From Schizochytrium sp. TIO01 (lineage: Eukaryota; Protista; Bigyra: Labyrinthulomycetes), in the NCBI GenBank assembly GCA_004764695.1, contig SMSO01000025.1:4752862-4816861 (forward strand): a DNA stretch of 64,000 nucleotides, in the 5' to 3' direction. How positions within the stretch are numbered: position 1 is the stretch's first letter; every line of letters begins with the position of its first letter. This document shows positions 32,606 to 44,072 of this stretch, one piece after another. A program made the position numbers and the translations under genes. A model generated the notes under the pieces. It searched no databases and had not been told where the DNA came from. It saw only the letters and a list, made by a program, of their open reading frames with translations.

Positions 32606-34810
32606 TCACTCAATGTCGTCAGGTGCAGCTGAAACAGTGAGGCCGTTTTCAAACATTTCAGCTAGCTCGTCTGCATCGGTTGTCAAGCTTGCACTGGAAC
32701 AACTTTGGTCCTTGGAAAATTTAGGACCTGCTCTGTGAGATTTAGGCTTCAGTGTCTTTGCACTTGGAGCAAATGGAGGCTGTGGCTGAGCTGTTTTATT
32801 GGCAGCGTGTCTAGAGGTTGCAAAAAGGCAGGCTCGCGTCGCTTCCGTTTCGAATTCGGTGCTATTATGTTTAGGCTTTAAAGTGCTTTTGAGAAACTCA
32901 GATGCGGACTCCACTGAATCATTGCCCGAAGCTTTTCTATCGGCTTCCTGATTCTTAGAGGTTCTCGATGATGACAGTTTTTGCATGGAGGACATCGTGG
33001 TGGCAACATGATTCTCTTCTTTTGTAGAAACCACGTTGAGTGAAGAAGCACAACTTGGTCCAGGCGAAAGGACATTTTCTTTGCTATCCGCAGGTTTGAC
33101 ATTGCGCCGAGTTGACCGTTTCTTCTCCTCGCAGAGAATACAATACAATCGCGGATCCTTGCAATGTAAAAGAGCTGGGCATTTTGAACCCTTGCACGGC
33201 CGAACTAACCTTTGCGTCAATGCTTCTGCTTTGCGGCGCGCACGAGCATCGCTTCCTTCAGCAACCCCTGGCAGGCTCTCCCACTCGAAACCCATTGGTC
33301 CATCCACTGGGCCGTGTTTGTAAATATTGCCGACCTCGTCGAGGATGATGCAGCGCTTTTTCCCCGGAAAGATTCGAAGGCCACGACCAACTTGTTGAAC
33401 ATAGAGTCCACGAGATTCTGTGGGCCGCAAAAGTATGACCGTTTCAATGCACGGAAGGTCAAAACCTTCAGATAGGACTCCTACGGAGCATAATACGAGA
33501 AGCTTCCCCTCCTCTGTAAGCGTGAACGTCTGGCGGCGTACCTTCTCTGATGTAGTTCCGTCGAGGTGCGCTGCAGAAACTCCAGCATCCATGAACTTCT
33601 CCACTAGCATCTTCGATTGTTTCACGCTTGCGCAGAAAACAATTGTAGTTGTATCTCTGCAGCAGGACATCCAACGTGCCACTGCAGAGTCTAAGGTCTC
33701 CTCCATGACCGCCACCTTTCCAGTCAGAATCCGGCCAGGTGCCGAAGATGGAGCCAAAAAAACAGGTGGTACAAGATACCCGCGGCGGATCATTCTAGAA
33801 ACAGATGGTCCTTGAGCTAGTCGTGGGAAAATATCGTTCAGGGCCTCTTCCTTACGCATGCGAAATGGCGTTGCTGTGAGACCCACAACAACTGCTTCTT
33901 TGAATCGACCAGTCAGCTGCATATACTGCTCTGCTAGCATACAATGAGCTTCATCTACTACAAGAAGGCGGATGCTATCCAAGGTAGGGTCTGTTTCACG
34001 CAACTCTGCTTTGCTAAATAAAGTCTGGATGGAGGCGATTTGAAGAGGAGAATTCGAAGTTCGTTTGTATCCAGCTTTGATAAATCCATATTCATGAGGT
34101 GCCATTCCGCACGCCTCCATTGTACGAGCTGTCTGATCTATAAGAGCATTACGGTTGACTACGAACAATGCATGGGAGCTATCTACGGGCCGTTTTCGCA
34201 CAAATCTACGAATCAGGTGACCCGCAAGCATAGTTTTGCCGCCACCCGTCGGTAGATATACAAGCGTATGTTTGTTCTTTGCAATCCCTTGCTCGACGTC
34301 TTGAAGAAGCTTGCGCTGGTACTTTCGCAAAGATGTTACTGCTGATGTCTCAGATTCCTCTTGGAGAGCTTGTTTTTCTGCAATTTTGTGAAAAGTTGCC
34401 TCGACGCCTTCATCTGTGTGATCACTTTCACTATCACTTTGATTATTATCGTCACTGATATAATCGTCGCGACCCTCTCGAAATCGCTGATCTCGTGCTC
34501 TAACCTTTCTTTCGCGAGTAGTCGAAGCGCTCTCTTTGGCGGAAAAAAGGGTCTCCGACGAAACCGCTCTCGAGGCATCACGATTGCCATCCCCATCGCT
34601 ACCAGCATCGAGAGTATTGCGGTTCTGCTTCCCGCGGGATTCAGAAACACTTTGAAGATCATCATATTCTAACGCATCTCGCAGAGCGGATAGATCATCC
34701 ATGATGTCGTCCCAACGAGCCTTTCGGCTTGATTGGGCTTCGGCTTTGGCCTCTCTTGTGACTCTCCATGACCTGCGAGTGTTTCTCAAAAATACTTCTC
34801 TAATAAACAT
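32606..34810 (-). CDS. Superfamily II DEAH helicase (ResIII + Helicase_C; Irc3/RadD-like)
   Basis: LRKYQ, LPTGGGKT, VVDEAH, GLTATP, VLSEGFDLP, QQVGRGLR, followed by a Cys cluster CxxxxC...CxxC. Confidence 0.9.
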   Translation of the reverse strand: MFIREVFLRNTRRSWRVTREAKAEAQSSRKARWDDIMDDLSALRDALEYDDLQSVSESRGKQNRNTLDAGSDGDGNRDASRAVSSETLFSAKESASTTRERKVRARDQRFREGRDDYISDDNNQSDSESDHTDEGVEATFHKIAEKQALQEESETSAVTSLRKYQRKLLQDVEQGIAKNKHTLVYLPTGGGKTMLAGHLIRRFVRKRPVDSSHALFVVNRNALIDQTARTMEACGMAPHEYGFIKAGYKRTSNSPLQIASIQTLFSKAELRETDPTLDSIRLLVVDEAHCMLAEQYMQLTGRFKEAVVVGLTATPFRMRKEEALNDIFPRLAQGPSVSRMIRRGYLVPPVFLAPSSAPGRILTGKVAVMEETLDSAVARWMSCCRDTTTIVFCASVKQSKMLVEKFMDAGVSAAHLDGTTSEKVRRQTFTLTEEGKLLVLCSVGVLSEGFDLPCIETVILLRPTESRGLYVQQVGRGLRIFPGKKRCIILDEVGNIYKHGPVDGPMGFEWESLPGVAEGSDARARRKAEALTQRLVRPCKGSKCPALLHCKDPRLYCILCEEKKRSTRRNVKPADSKENVLSPGPSCASSLNVVSTKEENHVATTMSSMQKLSSSRTSKNQEADRKASGNDSVESASEFLKSTLKPKHNSTEFETEATRACLFATSRHAANKTAQPQPPFAPSAKTLKPKSHRAGPKFSKDQSCSSASLTTDADELAEMFENGLTVSAAPDDIE

Positions 34811-36501
34811 AAGTATTAGCTATATAGTACCTATTCTAAAGCATTTTTTATAGGCTGCCTAGTAGGCACTAAGTACCTACTAAATACGACTCTGCGTACT
34901 TTGGATGTCAGTGGCAAATATATATCTGGGCGTGTGTAAATGGTTCTTGGTCATGAAAATCTCGAGGAGAGATTGTCTAGGGGAGATCTCAAGTTCTCAG
35001 AACTCCTTGGCGAGGCATGGACCAAGACATTTTCGTTTTTTTTCAATTCATTTATAAATCAATTTAACTTTGGAGAAAACATCAGTAAAACACAAATAAA
35101 GGGTAAGTCATTGGTCCCGACAATAGTAAGTCTAGAGTGACTTTTAATTGAGAATAGTGAGAGCAACAAAGAAGAGCGTAAGTACTTAAATTTCGCGCTT
35201 TGTACCTTTAGTTGGCGAAAGGCATGTTCGCCAATAAACTTTTGCTTTGTGGACTTTTTGTACTGTAAATCATGATGGCACCATCATGAAGCTTGGCGTT
35301 TTGTTTTCACTCCACAATATTCAACTTGTTAAAAATAATCAAGGTTTTGAGGTTCGGAATCTTTAAAAAAGGGACTAGACTCACTTAGTCTGCGCAGGAA
35401 AACCGTTTAAAACTTTGTAGATACCACTTACCTACAACATGTCATTTCCACAGATTCCTCTTCGTCTCCCAAGATTTATATTCTTCAAAGTCTGACCTTT
35501 ACCTGCACGAATAATTTAGCTCCGTTATTCCCTGCCATCAGCCTTCAAAAACCTTACACTCACCAAAACCATAATAATCAACCCACGAACTTCACATACC
35601 TTTTTGTCGCAAGGTCTCTTCTTCATCAACATTGCTACATATCTCCCAAAGTCTATTCAACAGTCCTCAATGTTGTCGAGTTTGATCGCCTTCTAATCTG
35701 CTTCTGTGCCCTTTGCAGTTGCGCCACGGAGCCTTCCTATCCCTTCATGTAGCAGACTCTAAGGACTTATTTCGTGAGTCCCTTTTGATAATTTTTCCCG
35801 TCATGCAAAACCGCCATTTTACCTGCAACTGACGATCTAGCACTTCCTAGGCAGTATCGCTAGAGCGCTATCCCTATCTTTGGCTACTGCTAAGTTCGAA
35901 GTCTCCTCTGGAGTAATGAAAGAATGAAAGAATGAAGATGAAGAATGAATTATCAAAGAAGTTGCGAAAGAAATGTGTTGCGCAGACCTCCTTCCTCTTC
36001 CTGCGAAAGGACCGTGGAAAACCGAAACCAGCAGGACTACACCGCGTGAGAAAGACGCTGATACTACTGCTCCACAGCTCCTTTGCGCCTGTCGTTAGTG
36101 GAGGAGGACAAGGACTTGGTGGAGTAGACGACCTTTGACTGGCTAAAGAAGAAGATCTGGTTCACGGGTAGATCATCTTGCTGACAGACACGTTAAGGTG
36201 TACAAGTGCTGTCTGCTTTGCAGAAACAACTGAGCAGCTTGTGATAATCTTGGGATTGACGTGAGTTGCGTACCTTTTGTTCATGAGTAAGCAGGTGCAA
36301 GGTTGAGAACTTCCAGCTCAGCCAGAAGTGAACCTCCAGGACTCTTTGACCACTCCACCGACCAACATCTTTGATACCAACAAAGTCTATTGTCAAGAAA
36401 TCACATCGTGCCACTTGATACCTTGCCCATTACATTATTTTCCTATACAAACTGAAATCGTAGAACATTGACTTGGAATCAAAATCTTGAGGACAGTTAC
36501 A

Positions 36502-39045
36502 ATGAACAAAGAGAGCAACATGTGGAGCTCATACGATGAAAACGAGGTGCTCCTGGATGAAATGGAACTTCTCCCTTCAAGCCAAGAGAATGAGTTTTAC
36601 GATCGCCGAAGCTTTGAATTAGACGAAGATGAAGATGATGAAAACGATGAAAACGCTTTGTACAGAGCACTCGAAGTAGCACAAGCTCACTATCATTTAA
36701 ACGAATCACTAGGAGTATCAGAAATTCTCAATCAGAGCTGCAAAGAAAATGACACTCCCTCGACAAACCGAAGCCCAGTTTTCACGAAACATAGGGCTGG
36801 GGAATTGGAACGTCGTGCATTAGCTGACCTTTCTTGCGATGAAATTCGGCATCGAAGCCTCGACGTTCACTTCTCCGGGACAGAGGCATCCCTGCAGGAA
36901 CTCTTTGATGAAGTCGCAACAACTGATGTAGATTATCATGAACCACTTTTATCGCCTCGTACAGACCCGGAGCAATCTAGTCTAGCGCGTTCATTTGGCG
37001 AAAATGGCGTTGAAGACTCCCGTGATGAGTCAACACTGTATTATCAAGAACAAAATATCGATGAAACCCCAAACTTCCGATATCAACGAGATATCCAACC
37101 ATCCTTTAACCATGGCGCAGGGCGAAGGGTTAAAGTGGAGACTATTGACTCTGTTGAAAATCAATCCAAGCACCAACAGCAATGCCTGGCACACGAGTCA
37201 TATAGTGACGGGGGTACAGTTCTTTTGGAGCGAGAGATTCCTGTGCAAGGTTTTAAAATCCTTGACCAAATTGGGAGTGGAACCTATGGCAAGGTTTATA
37301 AAGTAGTATCCACCGCTGACGAAACTGGGCAACTCTACGTACTCAAGCAGGTTCCTTTGGACGGCCTTACTCAAGCGGAGCAGAACGAAACAATAAATGA
37401 AGCGCATTTTATGATCGAGATTGAAGATCATGAAAATATTGTTAAACATCATAGTTCATTTATTGAGTCTGGGTGCTTGAACATGATCATGGAGTTCTGT
37501 GGAAATGGCGATTTGTCAAAACGAATTAAAGCGCACCGGGAGCTTAAAACACAGTTTGACGAAAATTTTATTTGGCAAGTTCTTATTCAAGTTTGTTGTG
37601 CTCTCGAACACTTGCACCAACACCGGATACTTCACCGAGACATCAAACCTGAAAACATTTTCCTAGATGCACATGATCAGGTCAAAGTCGGTGACCTCGG
37701 TCTCGGCCGCCTTTTGAGTTCACAGTCTAAATTCGCTCATAGCACTGTTGGTACACCGTTGTATTTTAGCCCTGAGCTATGCGAGGAGGCACTATACGAC
37801 GAACGGAGTGATATATGGGCCCTCGGATGTCTCGTGTACCAAATGACAGCCTTGCGCCCCCCATTTCTAGCATCAAATCAGCTTGCTTTAGCAAAAAAAA
37901 TTGTCAATGAGCAGGCAAAACCGATCCCTAGCCATTTTTCGAAGGATCTTCAGTTCTTAGTGCATAAAATGCTTGAGAAAGACCCCCAGAAACGACCAGA
38001 TACAAAACAAATTCTTGATTATGGCCCTGTTCGCATCCGTGTTATGCAAGCCAAGCTTGATATGCGCGAAAGACAACTCTCGTCACTTCATACAAAACGG
38101 GAGCGGGAGCTACTGGACACTGTTTCACTTATGGAAAAGAAGCTAGACGCGTGCAAGACAGAAATGCGAGAAATGCGCAAAAGTTACGAACAGCTCATTT
38201 CCCAAGCTCGACGAGCAGAGCAGGTCGCAAATGAGCGGGTTTGCCAGCTTGAATCAGAAATTCACAATTTGAAACAGCAACAGCAACCGCAACCGCAAAT
38301 TGATCCTGCACTCCTTCGGAACATCTCATCTCCCGTAAGTGCGCCTGCACCAAAACTTGGTGGTGCTAGTAAATCCGGTGTTAAAGCAACACCAAAGATT
38401 GCCCGTGTACACACTAAAGTTTCCGCTCCGCAGTCTCGCCAGAAAAAAACAGAGGGACGCAAAAACCTTCAAACTAATCAGCGACAACAATTATTCCCCG
38501 CACTTACCACTCCAACAAGTGTTGTAGCCGTTAACCAAGGTTCTCGAACCTCGACCTCAATGTCTAACTCGCCAAAAACAGTCAAAACGAGCATACATTC
38601 AAACAGGCATGCTGAACGCAGCGCTGCTGCTTCAAAAACGCCTTTCGCTGGCCAGCACCAACGAGTCGGACGAACAGCTACCAGACCGACGTTAAGTGCT
38701 GATCCAAACAAGAAGCGTGTGAGATCTCGTCGGTCGTCTAGCAAATCTGGAACTCCATCTAGACAACCGAATCTGAACACTGCGAAGGCGCGCCCTGCTG
38801 ATGTGCCGCAGCGTAAACTTGTGATGACACCCGTAGCACAAAACTTCAGCAATGTAAACAAGGAAGCGAAACGCCGATCTTGGACTTCCAGCAAAGCATT
38901 GGCAGCTGGGACTACTATTGGTGCTAGACAAAATGAAGGCAATTCGTCTGCAGCAGCCAAAAGCTCTGCACTGCCAGCTAACCGCAGCCTCCTAGGGCCT
39001 GCACGCCGTGTTCCATCATCCTTTCAAGACCTTGAAGATGAGTAA
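36502..39045 (+). CDS. NIMA-related (NEK) Ser/Thr protein kinase
   Basis: IGSGTYGKV, VLKQV, HRDIKPENIFL, VGDLGLGR, VGTPLYFSPE, DIWALGC. Acidic N-terminus, then coiled coil and basic low-complexity tail. Confidence 0.92.
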   Translation: MNKESNMWSSYDENEVLLDEMELLPSSQENEFYDRRSFELDEDEDDENDENALYRALEVAQAHYHLNESLGVSEILNQSCKENDTPSTNRSPVFTKHRAGELERRALADLSCDEIRHRSLDVHFSGTEASLQELFDEVATTDVDYHEPLLSPRTDPEQSSLARSFGENGVEDSRDESTLYYQEQNIDETPNFRYQRDIQPSFNHGAGRRVKVETIDSVENQSKHQQQCLAHESYSDGGTVLLEREIPVQGFKILDQIGSGTYGKVYKVVSTADETGQLYVLKQVPLDGLTQAEQNETINEAHFMIEIEDHENIVKHHSSFIESGCLNMIMEFCGNGDLSKRIKAHRELKTQFDENFIWQVLIQVCCALEHLHQHRILHRDIKPENIFLDAHDQVKVGDLGLGRLLSSQSKFAHSTVGTPLYFSPELCEEALYDERSDIWALGCLVYQMTALRPPFLASNQLALAKKIVNEQAKPIPSHFSKDLQFLVHKMLEKDPQKRPDTKQILDYGPVRIRVMQAKLDMRERQLSSLHTKRERELLDTVSLMEKKLDACKTEMREMRKSYEQLISQARRAEQVANERVCQLESEIHNLKQQQQPQPQIDPALLRNISSPVSAPAPKLGGASKSGVKATPKIARVHTKVSAPQSRQKKTEGRKNLQTNQRQQLFPALTTPTSVVAVNQGSRTSTSMSNSPKTVKTSIHSNRHAERSAAASKTPFAGQHQRVGRTATRPTLSADPNKKRVRSRRSSSKSGTPSRQPNLNTAKARPADVPQRKLVMTPVAQNFSNVNKEAKRRSWTSSKALAAGTTIGARQNEGNSSAAAKSSALPANRSLLGPARRVPSSFQDLEDE

Positions 39046-39879
39046 TGTTGTGAATAATCGCGTCGATGTAATGAAGCAAAGGTTAGTACCTTTGTTCCAC
39101 TGATTATCTTCTTATGACTTTATTGTCAAAGTACTAGTAGTAGTTATATTTCATGACACATCAGAACACCAACTCTTTAGCCAAACCCTTAGCTCCAACT
39201 TCCTATAAAATTGAATTCTTACTTCTTCAAATTCCTTGTCGTAAGTTTAAAGGATCAATATCCATGCCTCCATGTTGTATATTGAGTTATTTTCGTCGCC
39301 GTTAGGGCTTTGTAAAAGAAGAAATAGTACTTCAGATACCAGAGCTTCACAGGTTGTACTTCCATCCAAAGTAACAGTATATATGAATATGTCAATACGT
39401 AATAGGTTTACTTACAATATAGAACTGAATAATTATTCACAAGTGACGAGAATCTTGCACATAGAACTCAACTTATGAATGAAGAATGCCGAAGACAATT
39501 CATTTTTGGGTTGAGAAAGAACTTCCTTCAAAATGGGGTTCATCGTTGTTGTTCACTGGTTCAGGATCACATTTAGAATAACATTTAAAAAATAAGATGT
39601 ATCCTCTTCGAAAGACTTCTCTGACATATAACCTGTATAAATGAGAAGGGCCGAGCGGCTGTATGAAGAACCATATGACAAAACTATGTTCACTGTCTTT
39701 TGATGACACGAAATGAGAGCAGAAGTTTTGTGTACTAAAAATTGCCTTTCGATGGGAATAAGTACGCACACTTTACTCATATTGAGCGCTTGATCAATAC
39801 AGAGACGAACTACTTGATCAGAGTCTGAGCCATCAGCAACAAGTACCACAAGACTTATACAGAAGAATTGTAACGTTTC

Positions 39880-42261
39880 TCATGCTTTTTGAAAGTAAGC
39901 TTGGCCTCCACGGATATCTTGAGATGCAAGTAATTTCTTAATGAACTCATATGAGGGGTGCCCCCTGACTCTTGGCGCTCGTCCAATCTGCTCCTCTCTA
40001 GAGGCAGCAGCAAAAAGATGCATGGCTTCAGATATTAATTCTGGCCGAATGCCAAGCTCTCCAGCACGCAAAAGCATAATTCCGACATTGAGATCGCTAA
40101 TGGCTTGTTCATCCTGATCTGAGACTTCATGCCAATCACATAATCCCCCAGACATGATCAGCTGAGTAGCCCGAGCACACCTAAGCATGTGAATAGCTGC
40201 AGCAGAATCGTTGTGAAACTTGACTTGGCCTGCTTGCGCGAGGGAAGCATGAGTTTCAAAATACTTTCTTCCTCGCTGAAACATTCGCAACGCCACCATC
40301 CATTCCCATGTCCCGGTAAAAGTGCCATCATTCCATCGTGCAAACTGGTGGACAAGGTTGTGCATATAGCTTATTTTGTCATCTGTCCAATATGCTTTAG
40401 CAGGACCAGACCCCTGAGGGCGATGCACAAGAATTGGCCCTTCAGGAATAAGACGAATCGCTGCAGAACCAGAACTTGAGACACCTAAGACGTCCCAATC
40501 CTCCTGGCGGCCTGTGAAAGCTACTGGTTTTTTACGGTCAAACAATTGATGAGCCATATCCCCTATGTGTGCCGGGGCTGGATATCTATCCAAATGAGTT
40601 ATATACCAAGGCATAGAAGCCAAATCTGAGCTCACCAAGGTAACATCAGGACGTTTTCCTTCACAACGCTGCAAATACTGAATGCCGCTCCATTCCATGT
40701 CACCCCGAGTAACCAGTACTCCTCCATGTGGTACATAGTCAAGGACATCGCGTACGTACTGATCAAAAACTCCTGACTCAGAACGAACCCGAAGAGCTGT
40801 GCCTGTTGAAAGGGCCCATCGGAAACTTGAAGAAAGCACAACAGAAAAAGCCAGTAATGTAAAGCAAAAACCAACACTAAGAGTACGAAGATTGTGCTGT
40901 TGCCAAGCCTTACTAAAGAAATTTGCTACAGCTCTGAGTACCGTGTGCGTCCCCAAGCCAATGAAAAGACCAATGACAAGTTGTGGTTGCTGCCAAAATC
41001 GTTTCCGTATTTCTCCAAGATGCGGTTGAGCCTTTAAGAGAGGCATGTTGGAAAGCAAGTGGAATACAAACAGTGCAAATATAAACGAAGCTCCCCATGC
41101 AAAACCAATTCGATGGATTGGTCTTTTCCTTGACTGTAATTGTGTGCTCAAAAAGCCTACACAGGCCAAGATGATAAAGCCTGGATTTGGAAGGCTCTCA
41201 AATGCAAGAGCCTCAAAATATAGAGCTGTCCGTGCCACCCATCCAGGGTTCCCAATTGACGACTGATCCCTATCCATGATAGCAGAGGATGAAGCCTGCC
41301 CACCAGGGAATAATTTGAAAGTGCCATAGTCCACCCGTAAGAAGTGTCGTAAAAGCCCCGAAATACTAGCCGGATCTCCCCATGAGCCCTGGGTGCGAAT
41401 ATATAGTGCACTCACTATAGATTGCATGTAAACGAGTAGACCAGCTCCGAAACATATGGCATAGATAAACCCTCTTCGAATGGACTCAAGTCTGGTTTCC
41501 CTCCTTAGAAAAGTTGGGAGCCAGTGATATGTTGCAATAAATAAGATTAAAGGCACTTCAAACAGAACTGCCGTGTGCTGGTTTGTTAGCGCCAGCCCAC
41601 AAATGAATGCTCCATAGCGTACCAATTTTTCACGATAATCAAATTTAATGCTCTCTGTGCTCCCGCTATCTAGCAAAACTCTGCTCGTGAGATTTAGTAG
41701 TGATGCACAAAGTAGATTATTCAAAGCAAACACTTCAAAGGTACTTGAGAACTCCCAAACGATTGGAGTTAGAGCAAAGAAACCCGTTCCAATTGTCACT
41801 GAAACCTCGCACACCCAGACATTCTCCTCATTATGACCGTGTCTTAGAACAAAGCGCATAGCCGAAGCAAGAACTTGAAGGCCCATGTGAGCGATCAATA
41901 CGTTAAACATGTGCAAAAGCAGAGAAGGCGCCGTTCCATTGCAGAAAAACTGAGACACTTGAAGCCATGTATGACTGATAACGATAAGTAAAGGATAACC
42001 GGGTGGGTGTGCTACACCAAAGCTGCAAGAGTTGGCCGCAAGTTCTCCGCAGTCCCCCCCTCCAATGCCATGCGGAATTGTATACCAATGTGCCGCGCTC
42101 AATGCACAAAGAGCGAGATGAGTAAATGCTTCAGCAACTTGAGCTTCACTGAAATTTCTACACCATCCTCGTTCGCTAGTTTTGCTTGTGAAATTGTCTT
42201 TGTCCATCAAAGGTTGAGTCTTCACCAGACTTCTGCGCCCTTCGTGTTTGCCCATCGCCAT
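39880..42261 (-). CDS. TMEM260: TMEM260/DUF2723-like protein O-mannosyltransferase (GT-C membrane protein)
   Basis: GGDCGEL..S..GVAHPPGYPL, EVFALNN, LTNQHT, SWGD...HFLRVDYGTFKL, RFWQQP, YLQRCEGKRPDV. Multiple hydrophobic segments. Confidence 0.85.
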   Translation of the reverse strand: MAMGKHEGRRSLVKTQPLMDKDNFTSKTSERGWCRNFSEAQVAEAFTHLALCALSAAHWYTIPHGIGGGDCGELAANSCSFGVAHPPGYPLLIVISHTWLQVSQFFCNGTAPSLLLHMFNVLIAHMGLQVLASAMRFVLRHGHNEENVWVCEVSVTIGTGFFALTPIVWEFSSTFEVFALNNLLCASLLNLTSRVLLDSGSTESIKFDYREKLVRYGAFICGLALTNQHTAVLFEVPLILFIATYHWLPTFLRRETRLESIRRGFIYAICFGAGLLVYMQSIVSALYIRTQGSWGDPASISGLLRHFLRVDYGTFKLFPGGQASSSAIMDRDQSSIGNPGWVARTALYFEALAFESLPNPGFIILACVGFLSTQLQSRKRPIHRIGFAWGASFIFALFVFHLLSNMPLLKAQPHLGEIRKRFWQQPQLVIGLFIGLGTHTVLRAVANFFSKAWQQHNLRTLSVGFCFTLLAFSVVLSSSFRWALSTGTALRVRSESGVFDQYVRDVLDYVPHGGVLVTRGDMEWSGIQYLQRCEGKRPDVTLVSSDLASMPWYITHLDRYPAPAHIGDMAHQLFDRKKPVAFTGRQEDWDVLGVSSSGSAAIRLIPEGPILVHRPQGSGPAKAYWTDDKISYMHNLVHQFARWNDGTFTGTWEWMVALRMFQRGRKYFETHASLAQAGQVKFHNDSAAAIHMLRCARATQLIMSGGLCDWHEVSDQDEQAISDLNVGIMLLRAGELGIRPELISEAMHLFAAASREEQIGRAPRVRGHPSYEFIKKLLASQDIRGGQAYFQKA

Positions 42262-42625
42262 TCCCACTAAACGGCACGAGCAAGTGCCACAGTCAACTTT
42301 CAAAGTAGCTTAGCCACTTTTGGCTCGAAGCGTCCGGTACTTGGTGCTATGCTCGAACCTTGATCCAAATTTGGACTAACCTAGAGAGAGCTTTGGTAAT
42401 CTGTGAAGATCATCTCTTCGTCCCAGAATCAACATCCCAGCAGACGTTGGATCTCATGATAAGACGTTGTCGTTGTAGCTATGTGAAACATATAAGCCCT
42501 TACTAGGTTTTGCGCGTATTAATGTATTAGTTAGTTTTTAATTAATTAATACCTACAATAGTAGGCCTAATAAAATAGATTGTTTTAATTAAACTCTTTC
42601 TCAAAGTGCTGACGATACCCACCAT

Positions 42626-43808
42626 TTAAAGTTGATTTGGTCCATGCGATGTCGAAGGTATCACGAAATCGAACTTTCTCCATCCCGTTGACTTCATACT
42701 ATTGTAAAATTCGTATTCACTACACATCTTTTCATTGAGAATGCGTTTAATTATCTGTACTACACTGGATATAAAGGAGAACACTGAACAGGGGTATCTT
42801 AACCTACCGAAAACTATTTGGCAAGATATCATTTTCCTCGATTGGAGACTAAAAATTCTCTCGATTTGAATCAAGTAATCTTAGAACTGCTTATCTCTCA
42901 TTGAGATAGTACAATTCTTTAACTAGACGCAAAGCTACTCAAGTTACATTTCGAATAGATCTTCCTTAAGTACGAGGTTACAGGACCTCAACTTAGCTTT
43001 TCCTAGAAGGTCAAGTCTAATTTTCACTTAGGCTCTACAGTCAAGTCAATCTTATGCGTCTCAATGAGATCAATTACCATCCCAAGCGCCAACTCTTGCG
43101 ACCAATTTGTATCTCTCTTTTAACCACGTTATTTGGTTTTTCCTTGCAGTGATGCCAGGGTTTGACTTTGTCGTCGTAAATTTCCTGTAGCCTTTAGCAC
43201 GGGGGGAATTCGTCTCTCTCGCAGCTTCACCAAATTGAAGAGCCTTATGGTAGTACTTTTACTCCTCTCACGTCAAGCAAAATCGAGCGTCCAGGAACCA
43301 CATTACTTTCTTAGAAATACCATAATTTTATGCTGCGATTTTATACTGTCCTTATCTCCGCACAGATCACCAGATATACTGTTTCAAAGTACCTTGAAAT
43401 TAATGTAGCACTGAGATTCGTTCTTTTTTTCCAAAAAACAATATATACGTAAGCGCCAAGGGTTTTAAAAATCGAGAAATAGTTCAAGTGATTGGGCACA
43501 TTAAAGTATTTCCAGTCTGGCGGGTGAGTAATCGCATAAGCAAAGGGGTTGTGATTGCGTCCTGTGTCAATGGTCACTCTATATAAGTCTAAAATAGCGG
43601 CTAATTTCCTATCAATCATGTCACTTTTACTGAGTGACAAAGGTACACCTTGCATCACATAGTCATGGTGATGATGCTCATAGTCATCGTCTGTTGAAAC
43701 GGAATCATCGCTCCTACATGTTTGATATGAGCGCTTGTCGCAGAACAGTAGGTCATCTATATCACTTTCAAGCCCGAGTTAAATGTATCCATTGTGATCA
43801 GACATCAT
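42626..43808 (-). pseudogene. Degraded ORF of unknown family (left part of AT-rich island)
   Basis: The reading MSDHNGYI*LGLESDIDDLLF...DYVMQGVPLSLSKSDMIDRKLAAILDLYRVTID...AEIRTV* continues through further stops. Composition looks coding but is broken. Confidence 0.4.
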
Positions 43809-43939
43809 CTTGAAAACTTTCATTAAGGATTTGCTGCAGTATGAATAGATGAAAGGTACAATTTGGAAGAAATCATACATAATGTAATGTGTCTATGCCA
43901 GAGATAGAAACAACAAAAATATGTTTTATTTTATTGATA

Positions 43940-44024
43940 AGAAAAGAAAGAAGTGGAAAAAGGGAAAAGAAAGGAAAAAAAGGGAAAAGAAAGGGAAAAA
44001 AGGGAAAAGAAAGGAAAAGAAAGG
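43940..44024. repeat. Purine-rich low-complexity tract (AAAGGGAAAAG-like units)
   Basis: Seen directly. Confidence 0.85.
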
Positions 44025-44072
44025 TAACGAGAGATTGCGTGCGATACAGTGATTGAGATTGATTATACAAAC

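Noticed and set aside
35400-35760. Possible small minus-strand exons upstream of the helicase
   Set aside because: Splice-like signals exist, but no consistent open frame or recognisable peptide could be assembled.
39500-39849. Two overlapping minus-strand ORFs just downstream of the TMEM260-like gene
   Set aside because: No recognisable motif and no clear splice link; could be a gene fragment but is not supportable.
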